A stretch of DNA of 64,000 nt from the NCBI GenBank assembly GCA_963765495.1, contig CAVXWP010000009.1, positions 64,001 through 128,000 of the forward strand, written 5' to 3'. The stretch's first letter is position 1. Each line of letters opens with the position of its first letter. This DNA is from Blastocatellia bacterium (GTDB lineage: Bacteria > Acidobacteriota > Blastocatellia > UBA7656). This document shows positions 31,483 to 41,383 of the stretch, piece after piece. The notes below the pieces were generated by a model. The model did no database searches, was not told the DNA's origin, and saw only the letters and a program-made list of their open reading frames with translations. The position numbers were made by a program, and so were the translations under genes.

Positions 31483-31748
31483 TCTCGTTACCTTATTTAG
31501 GCACTCCGTAAATTCATACTCGCTCCTTACCCAGCCCGTCTCTCAAATCAATATCTTTTTATCTGCCTCCCTGAAATCGGGGCTTTTCATAATTATTTCA
31601 GATTTTTTTCAGGATTCACCATCGGTTATCGGCTAAATTCCCAACGACTCAAAATATTGGCTGGATCAAAAAATGACTCTTCCAACTGATACGCAAAAGA
31701 AGAATCGAAATCATAGCCTACGAGCGAGAGCGGATTGTCAGACACGCG

Positions 31749-31937
31749 ATGATGCTCTGCCCCGTTTGCCGGACTCACACTGAATTGCTCACTGTTCGGC
31801 AGGCTGCCACGCTGGCTCAGGTGAAATCGCAGAGTATTTATCGCTGGCTGTCCGAGGGAAAGACGCACGGGGTAAAGACGCCGGGCGGTCAACATCGCAT
31901 CTGCCGCTATTCGCTCTTTCTTTCCTTACAAGCCTGA
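31749..31937 (+). CDS. Small excisionase-like (HTH_17) DNA-binding protein with Cys/His ligands
   Basis: CPVC, LLTVRQAA...VKSQSIYRWLSEG, KTPGGQHRIC; ends 15 bp before the giant ORF. Confidence 0.75.
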   Translation: MMLCPVCRTHTELLTVRQAATLAQVKSQSIYRWLSEGKTHGVKTPGGQHRICRYSLFLSLQA

Positions 31938-31952
31938 TCGGGGGATTGCCGT

Positions 31953-34900
31953 ATGAAATCGAGAGCAGGAATCAGAGCAGGAATCAGAGCAGGAATCAGG
32001 GCGGGTTTACTCACCCTTCGCAAGCCCCAGGTATTATTGCCGATTCTGGTAATCATTTTGCAGGCGGCGCTATTTTCCGGGACCATTTCCACATCTGGGA
32101 ATACCTCGACTGGAAAATCACTGGTAAGCTCCCGATTAGCGCTGCCTGCAAGTTCACATGGTAGGAATACGGCCTCAAATCCCTCGCGCCAACTCGAAGG
32201 ATCACAACATAACGCAATCTCATTCACTCAAATCTCGGACAAAGTGGTTAACTCTATAGCTTTAGATTATCATCTGCCTTCCAACAAGATCTTGTTGTCG
32301 CGCCAGAAAGCAGTCGACGGGCCATCTCATCTTGATTTGATGGCCTCAGACGGCACATTCTCGCAATTCTCGAATCTCGACGGCTTCACGGGGAGAGTCT
32401 GTATCGCCTCCGTTCGTAATCGTCTGGGCGGTTTCGAAACGGGCGAGGTCTTCTCAACCACTGATGCTGCGGGTGCAATTGTTCGCATCTCTGCCGACGG
32501 ATCTTCCGTCCAAAATCCGTGGATAAGACTGAGAGGCAAAGTCTCTCCCCCGCTCAGCGGACTCTGTATGGACCGTTGGGGATCATTCGACGGCAATCTG
32601 ATCGCAACGACCGAAACGGGCCAAATTTGGCAAATTGATTCATCCGGCAATGTTCGATTGCTCGCCGAGCTTTTCACTAAACTTCAGGCAATCACAACCG
32701 TGCCGGATGATGCGGCCACATACGGAGATTGGGCCGGGAAGATTCTCGCAGGCGCAAAAGACATAGGCGGGGTCTATACGATTGACCGGAACGGAAAAGC
32801 CGAATACTTTAACCTGCCCGTCTATCCGCAAGATATAGAGGTCATCCCGGATGAAGAAGACTTCTACGGCCTTGACCCGATAAACGGTCTTCTCTGGAAA
32901 GCGCCTGCATCTCAATTTACTACGCTTCGCGGCGGTATTCTCATTGCCCAGGAAGCCCCTGCGGTTCTTGCCTCCATCCGTTGGACAGGCAAACAGTTCA
33001 CGGTTGAACCCGTCGCTCAATCAATACAACTTGAGCAGATTACTTTTGCTCCTGACTGCGTAGTTTCAGTCTCACCCACTAGCGCCTTTTACACAGGTCG
33101 CGGCGGTGAAGGAAGGCTGGACATCACCGCCCCCGCCGCCTGCAACTGGTCAGCCGTAAGCAATCAGTCCTGGCTCAATATAACTTCACCTGACAGCGGA
33201 ACAGGCAATGGGCAGATCACTTTCGTAGTGAGAAGCAACACAGGTGCGGCGCGACAGGGCACTATAACCGTAAACGGCGTTGTTTTCACCATCACTCAGA
33301 ATCTGGGGTCGGGCGCGGGAAGTATTGATTGTTCTTATACGATCTCTCCCACCTCGGTAAGCAAACAGGCTGCCGGGGACAGCGGAAACATTGATGTTTT
33401 TGCGCATGCGGAATGCGCCTGGCAGGCGACGACCTCCGACAGCTTTATCACGATAACATCGGGCTGCTGTGGCATCGGCAACGGAACCGTGACTTATCAG
33501 GTCGCGCCAAACCCAGGCAAAGGGCGAAGCGGTAAGATCAATGTTGGGGGGAAGACTTTCAGTATAAAGCAGGCGGCAAATAAACCGCCAATCGTAAATG
33601 CCGGGCCGGATCAGGTGATAGCGCTGCCGAATACGGCGAATCTGTCCGGGGTGGTTACGGATGACGGTGCGCCGGTCCCGGCCGTGATTTCGTGGACAAA
33701 GGTGAGCGGCCCTGAAACAGTGATATTTGGGAGCGCGAGCAACGCGCCGACATCTGCGATCTTCAGCACACCGGGCACCTATGTTCTGCGACTCACGGCG
33801 AGCGATACGGTCTATACGGTAAGCGACGACGTTACGATCATGGTAAATCCCGACTCACTGCCGCCGCCGCCCGATCCCGCAACCGTGGCTCCCCCGATTG
33901 ATATGACCGTTGCTACAACCATCGGGGAAGCGACCGAATTTCTTTACACCGGAGCCAACCCGATACAAACAGGCGTAGCGCCTGGAACGATCAAGATGGA
34001 ACAGGCGGCAGTGTTGCGCGGAAGAGTTATTGATAAGAACGGCAACCCGATATCTAAAGTAAAGGTCTGTGTCTTGAATCACCCAGAATTAGGGCAGACT
34101 TTGAGCCGCGCAGACGGGAAGTTCGATCTTGCCGTGAACGGCGGCGGATTGCTCACGGTCAAATACGAAAGGACAGGCTTTATTACATCCGAGCGGATGA
34201 TGGATGTGCACTGGCAGGATTACTGTATGTACCCTGACGTTGCGCTGATGGGATATGACGGACAGGTTACGCACATTGATCTGAGCGCAAGCATTCCTGT
34301 GCAAGTGGCGCAAGGCAGCACGATGACCGACAGCGACGGTGCGCGTCAGTCTACCCTGTTTTTCATTCAAGGAACGACTGCGACAATGGTGCTGCCAAAT
34401 AATTCGACGCAGCCGCTTGCTGACCTTCACGTGCGCGCGACAGAGTTCACCGTAGGCGATATGGGTGACGAAGCGATGCCTGGAGAGTTGCCCGCCATAA
34501 GCGGCTACACCTACGCCGTGGAGTTCAGCGTTGATGAAGCGGTAGCGGCCGGGGCAAAATCGGTCCAGTTCAGCCAGCCTGTCATCAACTACCTTGAGAA
34601 TTTCCTGGATTACCCTGTAGGCATTGATGTGCCTTCTGGTTATTATGATCGCGAAAGCGGCGTCTGGGTAGCTTCGCCAAGCGGGCGAATAGTAAAGATA
34701 CTTGCTGTGAACGGTGGCATAGCCGACCTTGATCTCGACGGCAGCGATCAGGCCGCCGATGATGAGGCTTATGCACAGCTTGGGATAACAATCGCCGAGC
34801 GTCAGCAGGTAGCGGCGCTCTTTAGCGTCGGACAGATTCTATGGCGCGTGCCGCTCCTGCACTTCTCGCCATCCGACTATAACTGGACCGCGCCACCGGA

Positions 34901-37900
34901 GGGCGCGATGGGGAATCAGGAGATGGCCGAAGGCGACGAGATGGGCCCTTGCGAAATGAAGGCGGGCGGCTCAATCATCGAATGCCAGAGCCAGACGCTC
35001 GGCGAATCTATCAATATTATCGGCACGCCCTTTACATTGAATTATCGCAGCGACCGCGTGCCGGGCCGGACGGCAGCTTATACGCTGACGATCCCGCTCA
35101 GCGGCACGACTGTTCCCGCAACCCTCAAGCGCATCGAGTTGGAAATTCACATCGCCGGACGTATGTTCACTCAAAGCTTCTCGAACTCGCCGAATCAAGC
35201 AACGACTTTCACCTGGGATGGCAAGGACGCTTATGGCCGCACACTGCAAGGGAAACAGGTTGCGACGGTGCGCGTAGGTTACGTCTATGACGGCATACCC
35301 AGTACGACGCCGGTTTTCGGCAATTATGGTGAGGGCACCGTCATAAGCCAGACCTCCCGCCGCGAAGCGATTCTGTGGCAGATACAACGCCGGAACATTG
35401 GGACGATAAACGTTCGCGGCATGGGGTTGGGCGGCTGGACATTAGATGTGCATCACATCTATGACCCAACCGGCAAGGTGATTTACATGGGCGACGGCTC
35501 GCAACGTAGCGTCGCTTCGGTGTCGCGGGTCATCTCAACTTTTGCCGGTGGCGGCACGCCCGCCGATGGGGTAGGCGACGGGCTGCCCGCCACCGAGGCG
35601 CAGTTGAATCAGCCTCAAGGCGGCATCGCCGTTTCGCCTGATGGAACGCTCTTTATTGCCGATACCATGAACCATCGTATTCGCAAAATAGGAACGGACG
35701 GTATTATCACAACAGTAGCAGGAACCGGAACTGCCGGATATAACGGCGACGGCATTCAGGCTACGCAGGCGCAATTAAATTCTCCGGGCGGACTCGCGCT
35801 CGGAAACGATGGCAGCCTTTACATTTCCGACAGCGAAAACAACCGTATCCGCAAGGTCGCGCCAAACGGAATAATCACGACTATAGCGGGCACTGGCAAC
35901 CCCGGATTCGACGGCGATGGCGGCCCGGCCACCCAGGCGGAGTTGCAGCGGCCGCGATCCCTGGCGCTTGCGCCCGACGGCAGTCTCTATATCTTTGATT
36001 ACTTCAATTTCGCCGTCCGCCGCATCGCGCCTGACGGCATCATCACAACCGTTGGACAGGGTCACCCCGCAAGACCCGGCGCCAAAATCCCTCAGGTCAA
36101 TGTCCCTAATGCCGTAAGGGTCGGACCGGATGGTTTCCTATATACAGCGGATACGGGAGCCATATATCGAATCAACGCGGACCGCAGCGAGACGATCATC
36201 GCGGGCGGTGGATTCCCCCCCGATGGGCTTGGCGACGGGCTCCCGGCAACCCAGGCGCAAACCAACGCGGTTGGGCTTGCCTTCGCGCCCGACGGCAGCC
36301 TTTACATCGTGGAATTTGCGCGCATTCGAGCCGTGGGGCCTGACGGCATTATCAATACTATAGCCGGACACGGCACGTTTGCCTTCAGCGGCGACGGAGG
36401 CCCCGCCCCGCAGGCCGAATTCAGCAACCCCGCCGATGCAGTGGTGGGGCCTGAGGGCAACCTCTACGTCGTTGACACTTACAACAACCGCATACGCAAG
36501 ATCAACGCGCCGCTGCCGAGTTTTTCGGCAACCGACATCGCCGTAGCCTCTGATGACGGCTCCAAACTATTTCAATTCAACGCCGTCGGCCAGCACTTGA
36601 GCACTGTCAACACGCTTACTGGCGCTACGCTTTATAGTTTCACTTACGACAGCAACGGGCGATTAATACAGATGACAGATGGCGACAACAACGTCACTGT
36701 TATCGAGCGCAATGTGAGCGGCGACCCAACAGGCATCCTTGCCCCTTTCGGCCAGCACACTACGCTCGCACTCGATAGCAACGGTTTTCTCAACAACATA
36801 ACCGACCCGGCAAATCAGGCGTATCAATTGAGCTACACCTCTGGCGGACTGCTCACAAGCCTGACCGATCCGCGCGGCAACGCGAGCAGCTTCACCTATG
36901 AGGCAAACGGACGGCTGATGAAGGATACCAATGCCGCGACGGGATTTTCGGCCCTTGCGCGCACGGAGCAAGGCCGGCAATTTGATGTCACGCTGACGAC
37001 CGCCCTGAACCTCACGACAACCTACAGAGTGCAAAATTTGACGACGGGGGATCTGAAGCATATCGACACTGACCCGGCAGGGCTGGAAAGACAAACATTG
37101 CAAGGTACAAACGGCGTAAGCACCGCTACCGCTCCCGACGGAACGGTTGAAACAAACACGCAAGGCGGTGACCCGCGCTGGGGGATGCAAACTCCGCTCA
37201 TCAGCGACCGGACGATCTCAACTCCGGGCGGCTTGAATTTCAATACGACCTTCGCACGCTCGGTGACCTTGTCGAATCCGGACAATCCGTTGAGTCTGAT
37301 GACGCAGACCAACATGCTCGATGTTAATGGCCGTATGTACACAGGCATCTTTACAGCGGCGACACGAACCTTCACCTCCACGACACCCGTTGGGAGGCAA
37401 ACGATTACCACGATTGATACCCAGGGCCGAATCACGCAGCTACAGCTCGCTAATCTCAATTCGGGCAACTACACCTACGACGGGCAAGGCCGCTTGATCA
37501 CTGCTAATTTTGGCGGCGGGATCGAAGCCCGCACCGCAAGCCAAAGCTACAACGGCAGCGGCTTACTTGCTTCCATCACCGATCCATTGAATCGTGTGAC
37601 CGGCTTTACATATGACGCAGCCGGGCGCGTTACACAACAGACAATATCTGATGGTCGCATCTACGGTTTTGGCTACAACGCAAACGGCAATCTCACTTCC
37701 ATCACACCACCGGGCCGCCCGGCTCACAGCCTAACCTACACGGCGGTTAATCTCGTTGCGACCTATACGCCGCCTGCGGTCGCAGGCACCGGGCCAACCC
37801 AATATGCTTATAACCTTGACAAGCAACTGACAACGATCACCCGGCCCGATAATTTGACGCTGAATTATATTTATGACAGCGCGGGACGGTTGAGCGCGCT

Positions 37901-39551
37901 GAATGTGCCGACAGGCCAGTACACATATGCCTTCGGTACCGGCACCGGCACCCTGACGAGCATCACCGCACCTGGCGGCAACACGCTTGCTTATAGCTAT
38001 GATGGTTCGTTGCTGACCGGCACCACCTGGGCCGGTACGGTTGTGGGCAATGTAAGTCGGGTGCTTGACAACGACTTCCGCACCATTTCGCAAAGCATCA
38101 ACGGCAGCAACATCATCAACTTCACTTACGACGACGACAGCCTCCTGATCGGCGCGGGCAATCTGGTGCTGACGCGCGATGCAGTAAATGGCTTGATTAC
38201 AGGAACGGCGCTTGGCGGCATAACCGACGCGCTCGGTTATAACGGCTTCGCCGAAGTGACCGACTACGACGCATCATTCAATGCCACAAGCCTCTACTCG
38301 GTCGCCTACAGTCGCGACAAGTTAGGCCGCATCGCGCAAAAGACGGAAACGATTGGCGGAGTGACGGACATCTACGACTACACTTATGATCTGGCCGGGC
38401 GGCTCACTCTTGTGAAGGTGAATGACGTCACAATCAGCGTCTACGACTACGACAGCAATAGCAACCGGCTGAGTTACACAGGCCCGGGTGGAACGGTCAA
38501 CGGCACTTACGATAATCAGGACCGGCTGACCGATTACGGCTCGACCAGTTACAGCTATACGGCCAACGGCGAGTTAACCAGCAAAACCACAGGCGCGCAG
38601 ACGACGACCTACAGTTATGATGTGCTTGGCAATCTGCGCAACGTCACTCTGCCGGACACCACACAGATCGAATACGTAATTGACGGGGAGGACAGGCGCA
38701 TCGGCAAGAAAATCAACGGCACTCTGGTGCAAGGATTCTTGTATCAGAACGAGCTAAACCCCGTCGCCGAATTGGATGGCGGCAATAATATCATTAGCCG
38801 ATTCGTCTATGGCAGCCGGCGCAACGTGCCCGAATACATGATAAAGAACGGCGCTACCTATCGCCTCATTTCGGATCATCTGGGCAGCGTAAGACTGGTG
38901 GTGGATGTAAGCACAGGGGTGATTGCGCAACGCCTCGATTACGATGAGTTTGGCGTTGTATTGATGGACACAAACCCGGGCTTTCAGCCGTTCGGCTTTG
39001 CCGGAGGTCTCTACGATACCGAGACAAAGTTAACACGCTTCGGCGCACGAGATTACGATGCCGAGACGGGCCGATGGACGGCAAAGGACCCGATCACATT
39101 CGGAGGCGGCACTGCAAACCTGTACAATTATGCGTTCAACGACCCAGTCAATCTGTTTGATCCGAGCGGGCTTCAGCAACGTCCGGCTCCACCGCCGACT
39201 TACGTTATAATCAACGGGCAATTGTACCAATCCACAATTGTAGGCTACAAAAATATGACATTCATTGAGAACGGCTGCCCGGTAATCCGTATGGTACCAA
39301 TTATACGACTCGTCCCGGTTGGTTCGCAGACTCCAAGTACGCCCACGGGGCTTCAACCCGCACAGCCCCAGAATAACGCGGGGGGCAATTTTTTACCAAA
39401 AGGCAGCAATATGCAGTGGACTCCCCCAGAGCAAATCACACCGAATAATAATCCGTCGCAGCAAAACGGGTCCGGCTCTCAAGGGGGGCAAAATAACAGT
39501 GGTCCGCAGGGGCCTCAAGGTCCTACCGGCTATGATTTGTCGGGCCAATGA
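31953..39551 (+). CDS. Teneurin-like YD/RHS repeat surface protein
   Basis: N-terminal hydrophobic segment, propeller-like region, 2 BACON-like domains, PKD-like domain, FN-plug-like region (DGKFDLAVNGGG, LNYRSDRVPG, WDGKDAYGR, LGGWTLDVHH), NHL repeats, YD shell, RHS core ending DPVNLFDPSGL. Confidence 0.9.
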   Translation: MKSRAGIRAGIRAGIRAGLLTLRKPQVLLPILVIILQAALFSGTISTSGNTSTGKSLVSSRLALPASSHGRNTASNPSRQLEGSQHNAISFTQISDKVVNSIALDYHLPSNKILLSRQKAVDGPSHLDLMASDGTFSQFSNLDGFTGRVCIASVRNRLGGFETGEVFSTTDAAGAIVRISADGSSVQNPWIRLRGKVSPPLSGLCMDRWGSFDGNLIATTETGQIWQIDSSGNVRLLAELFTKLQAITTVPDDAATYGDWAGKILAGAKDIGGVYTIDRNGKAEYFNLPVYPQDIEVIPDEEDFYGLDPINGLLWKAPASQFTTLRGGILIAQEAPAVLASIRWTGKQFTVEPVAQSIQLEQITFAPDCVVSVSPTSAFYTGRGGEGRLDITAPAACNWSAVSNQSWLNITSPDSGTGNGQITFVVRSNTGAARQGTITVNGVVFTITQNLGSGAGSIDCSYTISPTSVSKQAAGDSGNIDVFAHAECAWQATTSDSFITITSGCCGIGNGTVTYQVAPNPGKGRSGKINVGGKTFSIKQAANKPPIVNAGPDQVIALPNTANLSGVVTDDGAPVPAVISWTKVSGPETVIFGSASNAPTSAIFSTPGTYVLRLTASDTVYTVSDDVTIMVNPDSLPPPPDPATVAPPIDMTVATTIGEATEFLYTGANPIQTGVAPGTIKMEQAAVLRGRVIDKNGNPISKVKVCVLNHPELGQTLSRADGKFDLAVNGGGLLTVKYERTGFITSERMMDVHWQDYCMYPDVALMGYDGQVTHIDLSASIPVQVAQGSTMTDSDGARQSTLFFIQGTTATMVLPNNSTQPLADLHVRATEFTVGDMGDEAMPGELPAISGYTYAVEFSVDEAVAAGAKSVQFSQPVINYLENFLDYPVGIDVPSGYYDRESGVWVASPSGRIVKILAVNGGIADLDLDGSDQAADDEAYAQLGITIAERQQVAALFSVGQILWRVPLLHFSPSDYNWTAPPEGAMGNQEMAEGDEMGPCEMKAGGSIIECQSQTLGESINIIGTPFTLNYRSDRVPGRTAAYTLTIPLSGTTVPATLKRIELEIHIAGRMFTQSFSNSPNQATTFTWDGKDAYGRTLQGKQVATVRVGYVYDGIPSTTPVFGNYGEGTVISQTSRREAILWQIQRRNIGTINVRGMGLGGWTLDVHHIYDPTGKVIYMGDGSQRSVASVSRVISTFAGGGTPADGVGDGLPATEAQLNQPQGGIAVSPDGTLFIADTMNHRIRKIGTDGIITTVAGTGTAGYNGDGIQATQAQLNSPGGLALGNDGSLYISDSENNRIRKVAPNGIITTIAGTGNPGFDGDGGPATQAELQRPRSLALAPDGSLYIFDYFNFAVRRIAPDGIITTVGQGHPARPGAKIPQVNVPNAVRVGPDGFLYTADTGAIYRINADRSETIIAGGGFPPDGLGDGLPATQAQTNAVGLAFAPDGSLYIVEFARIRAVGPDGIINTIAGHGTFAFSGDGGPAPQAEFSNPADAVVGPEGNLYVVDTYNNRIRKINAPLPSFSATDIAVASDDGSKLFQFNAVGQHLSTVNTLTGATLYSFTYDSNGRLIQMTDGDNNVTVIERNVSGDPTGILAPFGQHTTLALDSNGFLNNITDPANQAYQLSYTSGGLLTSLTDPRGNASSFTYEANGRLMKDTNAATGFSALARTEQGRQFDVTLTTALNLTTTYRVQNLTTGDLKHIDTDPAGLERQTLQGTNGVSTATAPDGTVETNTQGGDPRWGMQTPLISDRTISTPGGLNFNTTFARSVTLSNPDNPLSLMTQTNMLDVNGRMYTGIFTAATRTFTSTTPVGRQTITTIDTQGRITQLQLANLNSGNYTYDGQGRLITANFGGGIEARTASQSYNGSGLLASITDPLNRVTGFTYDAAGRVTQQTISDGRIYGFGYNANGNLTSITPPGRPAHSLTYTAVNLVATYTPPAVAGTGPTQYAYNLDKQLTTITRPDNLTLNYIYDSAGRLSALNVPTGQYTYAFGTGTGTLTSITAPGGNTLAYSYDGSLLTGTTWAGTVVGNVSRVLDNDFRTISQSINGSNIINFTYDDDSLLIGAGNLVLTRDAVNGLITGTALGGITDALGYNGFAEVTDYDASFNATSLYSVAYSRDKLGRIAQKTETIGGVTDIYDYTYDLAGRLTLVKVNDVTISVYDYDSNSNRLSYTGPGGTVNGTYDNQDRLTDYGSTSYSYTANGELTSKTTGAQTTTYSYDVLGNLRNVTLPDTTQIEYVIDGEDRRIGKKINGTLVQGFLYQNELNPVAELDGGNNIISRFVYGSRRNVPEYMIKNGATYRLISDHLGSVRLVVDVSTGVIAQRLDYDEFGVVLMDTNPGFQPFGFAGGLYDTETKLTRFGARDYDAETGRWTAKDPITFGGGTANLYNYAFNDPVNLFDPSGLQQRPAPPPTYVIINGQLYQSTIVGYKNMTFIENGCPVIRMVPIIRLVPVGSQTPSTPTGLQPAQPQNNAGGNFLPKGSNMQWTPPEQITPNNNPSQQNGSGSQGGQNNSGPQGPQGPTGYDLSGQ
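31962..31997 (+). repeat. In-frame 12-bp tandem repeat (AGAGCAGGAATC)x3
   Basis: Encodes RAGI x3 at the N-terminus. Confidence 0.9.
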
Positions 39552-39570
39552 TACCGCCAGACAAGCAATG

Positions 39571-39611
39571 ACGGCCTCGGGCTGTTGAAAGAGCCCCGGG
39601 CCGTTGTTATT
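39571..39611 (+). terminator. Probable intrinsic terminator after the teneurin-like gene
   Basis: ACGGCCTCGGGCT ... AGCCCCGGGCCGT followed by TGTTATT. Confidence 0.55.
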
Positions 39612-39692
39612 CCGGCAACCCTACGCGCCGAGGAGATCCGCAAATCGCGGGTCGGCGCGCATAGAATTCTCTCAATTCTGTCAAGAATCCTG

Positions 39693-39884
39693 TTAACCAT
39701 CTTTGCTGCCGGAACGGAAGCGCGCCACTTCCCTGCCCGAGGGGTTTTCATAAACACAGGCCACGCCGTATCGCAGCGAATAATGCTCGGCTTCACCGAG
39801 AGCGAGCGTCTTGCTTTCCGTCTCTATTTTCATGACCTCTAAGTCGAGTATGTGGTCTTTAACAATGACCGTGTAGCTTGTCAC
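39693..39884 (-). CDS. Small 63-aa hypothetical protein downstream of coaA
   Basis: GTG start 8 nt after GGGGAG and 23 bp after the coaA stop; globular-looking sequence. Confidence 0.45.
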   Translation of the reverse strand: MTSYTVIVKDHILDLEVMKIETESKTLALGEAEHYSLRYGVACVYENPSGREVARFRSGSKDG

Positions 39885-39907
39885 TTCGATTGCTCCCCCC
39901 AGGCCCG

Positions 39908-40867
39908 TCACAGCTTGCGCAACATCACCCGCTGAATGGAATGATCGCCTCCCTTTTCCAGAATCAGCCGCGCTCGCGTCCGCGTAGGCTCGATATTTTC
40001 TTTCAGGTTCAGCCCGTTGATCTCGTTCCAGATGCGCCGGGCCACCTGTTTGGCTTCGCTCACCGAGAGGGTCGAATAGCGATGAAAATAAGATGACGGG
40101 TCGCGAAATGCCGTGCGGCGCAGCGTGAGGAAACGGTCCACGTACCACTTTTTGATGTGAGGCTCTTTCGCGTCTACGTAAATGGAAAAATCGAAGAAGT
40201 CGGATACAAAGACCTGCCGGTTGCGCCCGCGCTCTGCCCGCCCCGTCTGTAAGACATTCAGACCTTCTACGATAACGAGGTCGGGGCGGCTGACTATCTG
40301 CGCCTTGTGCGGAATGATGTCGTAGATCAAATGCGAATAGATAGGCGCGGCCACCTCTTCGCGGCCCGATTTCAAGTCGGCCACGAAACGCACAAGCCGC
40401 CTCAGATCGTAGCTTTCGGGAAAGCCCTTCCTCTGCATCAATCCCCGCTCTTCGAGAATGCGATTCGGGTAGAGAAATCCATCCGTTGTGACGAGCGCTA
40501 CTTTAGGATGATCCGGCCAGCGGGCAAGCAAAGCCTGGAGGACGCGCGCCGTGGTGCTTTTGCCTACGGCAACACTGCCCGCGATCCCAATAATGTAAGG
40601 AACCTTTGCCGAGGGCCCCCCGAGGAATTTGTCTGTGGCCCGGTAAAGCTCCTGGGTCGCGGCCACGTAAAGATTCAACAGCCGGGACAGAGGCAGATAG
40701 ATATGTTTAACTTCGTCGAGCGAAACCTGTTCGTTTATGCCTTGAAGTTCGTTGAGGTCGGATTCGGAGAGGGTGAGAGGGGTCGAGGCGCGAAGTTTTG
40801 CCCATTCTTCACGAGTAAAGACTGTGTATGGAGAAAAATGATTCTTTTCGGCCGGGCTGCTGGTCAT
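39908..40867 (-). CDS. coaA: Type I pantothenate kinase
   Basis: [55 protein letters not shown]. Confidence 0.96.
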   Translation of the reverse strand: MTSSPAEKNHFSPYTVFTREEWAKLRASTPLTLSESDLNELQGINEQVSLDEVKHIYLPLSRLLNLYVAATQELYRATDKFLGGPSAKVPYIIGIAGSVAVGKSTTARVLQALLARWPDHPKVALVTTDGFLYPNRILEERGLMQRKGFPESYDLRRLVRFVADLKSGREEVAAPIYSHLIYDIIPHKAQIVSRPDLVIVEGLNVLQTGRAERGRNRQVFVSDFFDFSIYVDAKEPHIKKWYVDRFLTLRRTAFRDPSSYFHRYSTLSVSEAKQVARRIWNEINGLNLKENIEPTRTRARLILEKGGDHSIQRVMLRKL

Positions 40868-40881
40868 TTCGCGCGGTTCCT

Positions 40882-41349
40882 CTAACTGGTTTCTGCGGCA
40901 GATGAATCGGGCTGATCGGGTATCATTATCATCGTGGCAAGCATGGTGGCGATCAATTTTTCGCGGCCCTCGCTTTCGGCAAAGACATCGCCCGCCGAGA
41001 CCGTAACCGTGCGGCCCGGCCTCACGACTCGCGCCCGCGCAATTATCCGCTCGCCCCGGGCCGGAGAGACAAAATTGACTTTGTACTCGATGGTCAGCAC
41101 CTGCGAGGCTTCGGGCATCAGCGTGTAAGCGGCATACCCGCACGCGCTGTCGGCTATGGCCGTGGCAACGGCGGCGTGGAGATAGCCGTTTTGCTGTGTG
41201 AGATCATCGCGAAACGGAAGCTCTATATCCACCTTGCCCGCCTCTACACGCGTGATATGCGCGCCGATTGTCTCCATGATTTTCTGTCTGGCAAAGCTTG
41301 CGCGAATGCGCGTCTCAAAGTTTGGGTCAAGGGGTTCAAAAACAGACAT
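40882..41349 (-). CDS. PaaI family (hotdog) thioesterase
   Basis: [33 protein letters not shown]. Confidence 0.9.
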   Translation of the reverse strand: MSVFEPLDPNFETRIRASFARQKIMETIGAHITRVEAGKVDIELPFRDDLTQQNGYLHAAVATAIADSACGYAAYTLMPEASQVLTIEYKVNFVSPARGERIIARARVVRPGRTVTVSAGDVFAESEGREKLIATMLATMIMIPDQPDSSAAETS

Positions 41350-41383
41350 AAGGAAATTACCTCGGTTTTCAAGCATCACTATT

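Noticed and set aside
31749-39551. Prophage/ICE or T6SS effector locus
   Set aside because: No integrase, att/tRNA site, PAAR or VgrG. The protein has its own N-terminal hydrophobic export-like segment.
39585-39842. Plus-strand 85-aa ORF as an immunity protein
   Set aside because: The TTG start lies inside the terminator hairpin with no RBS, and the ORF overlaps a better-supported minus-strand ORF.
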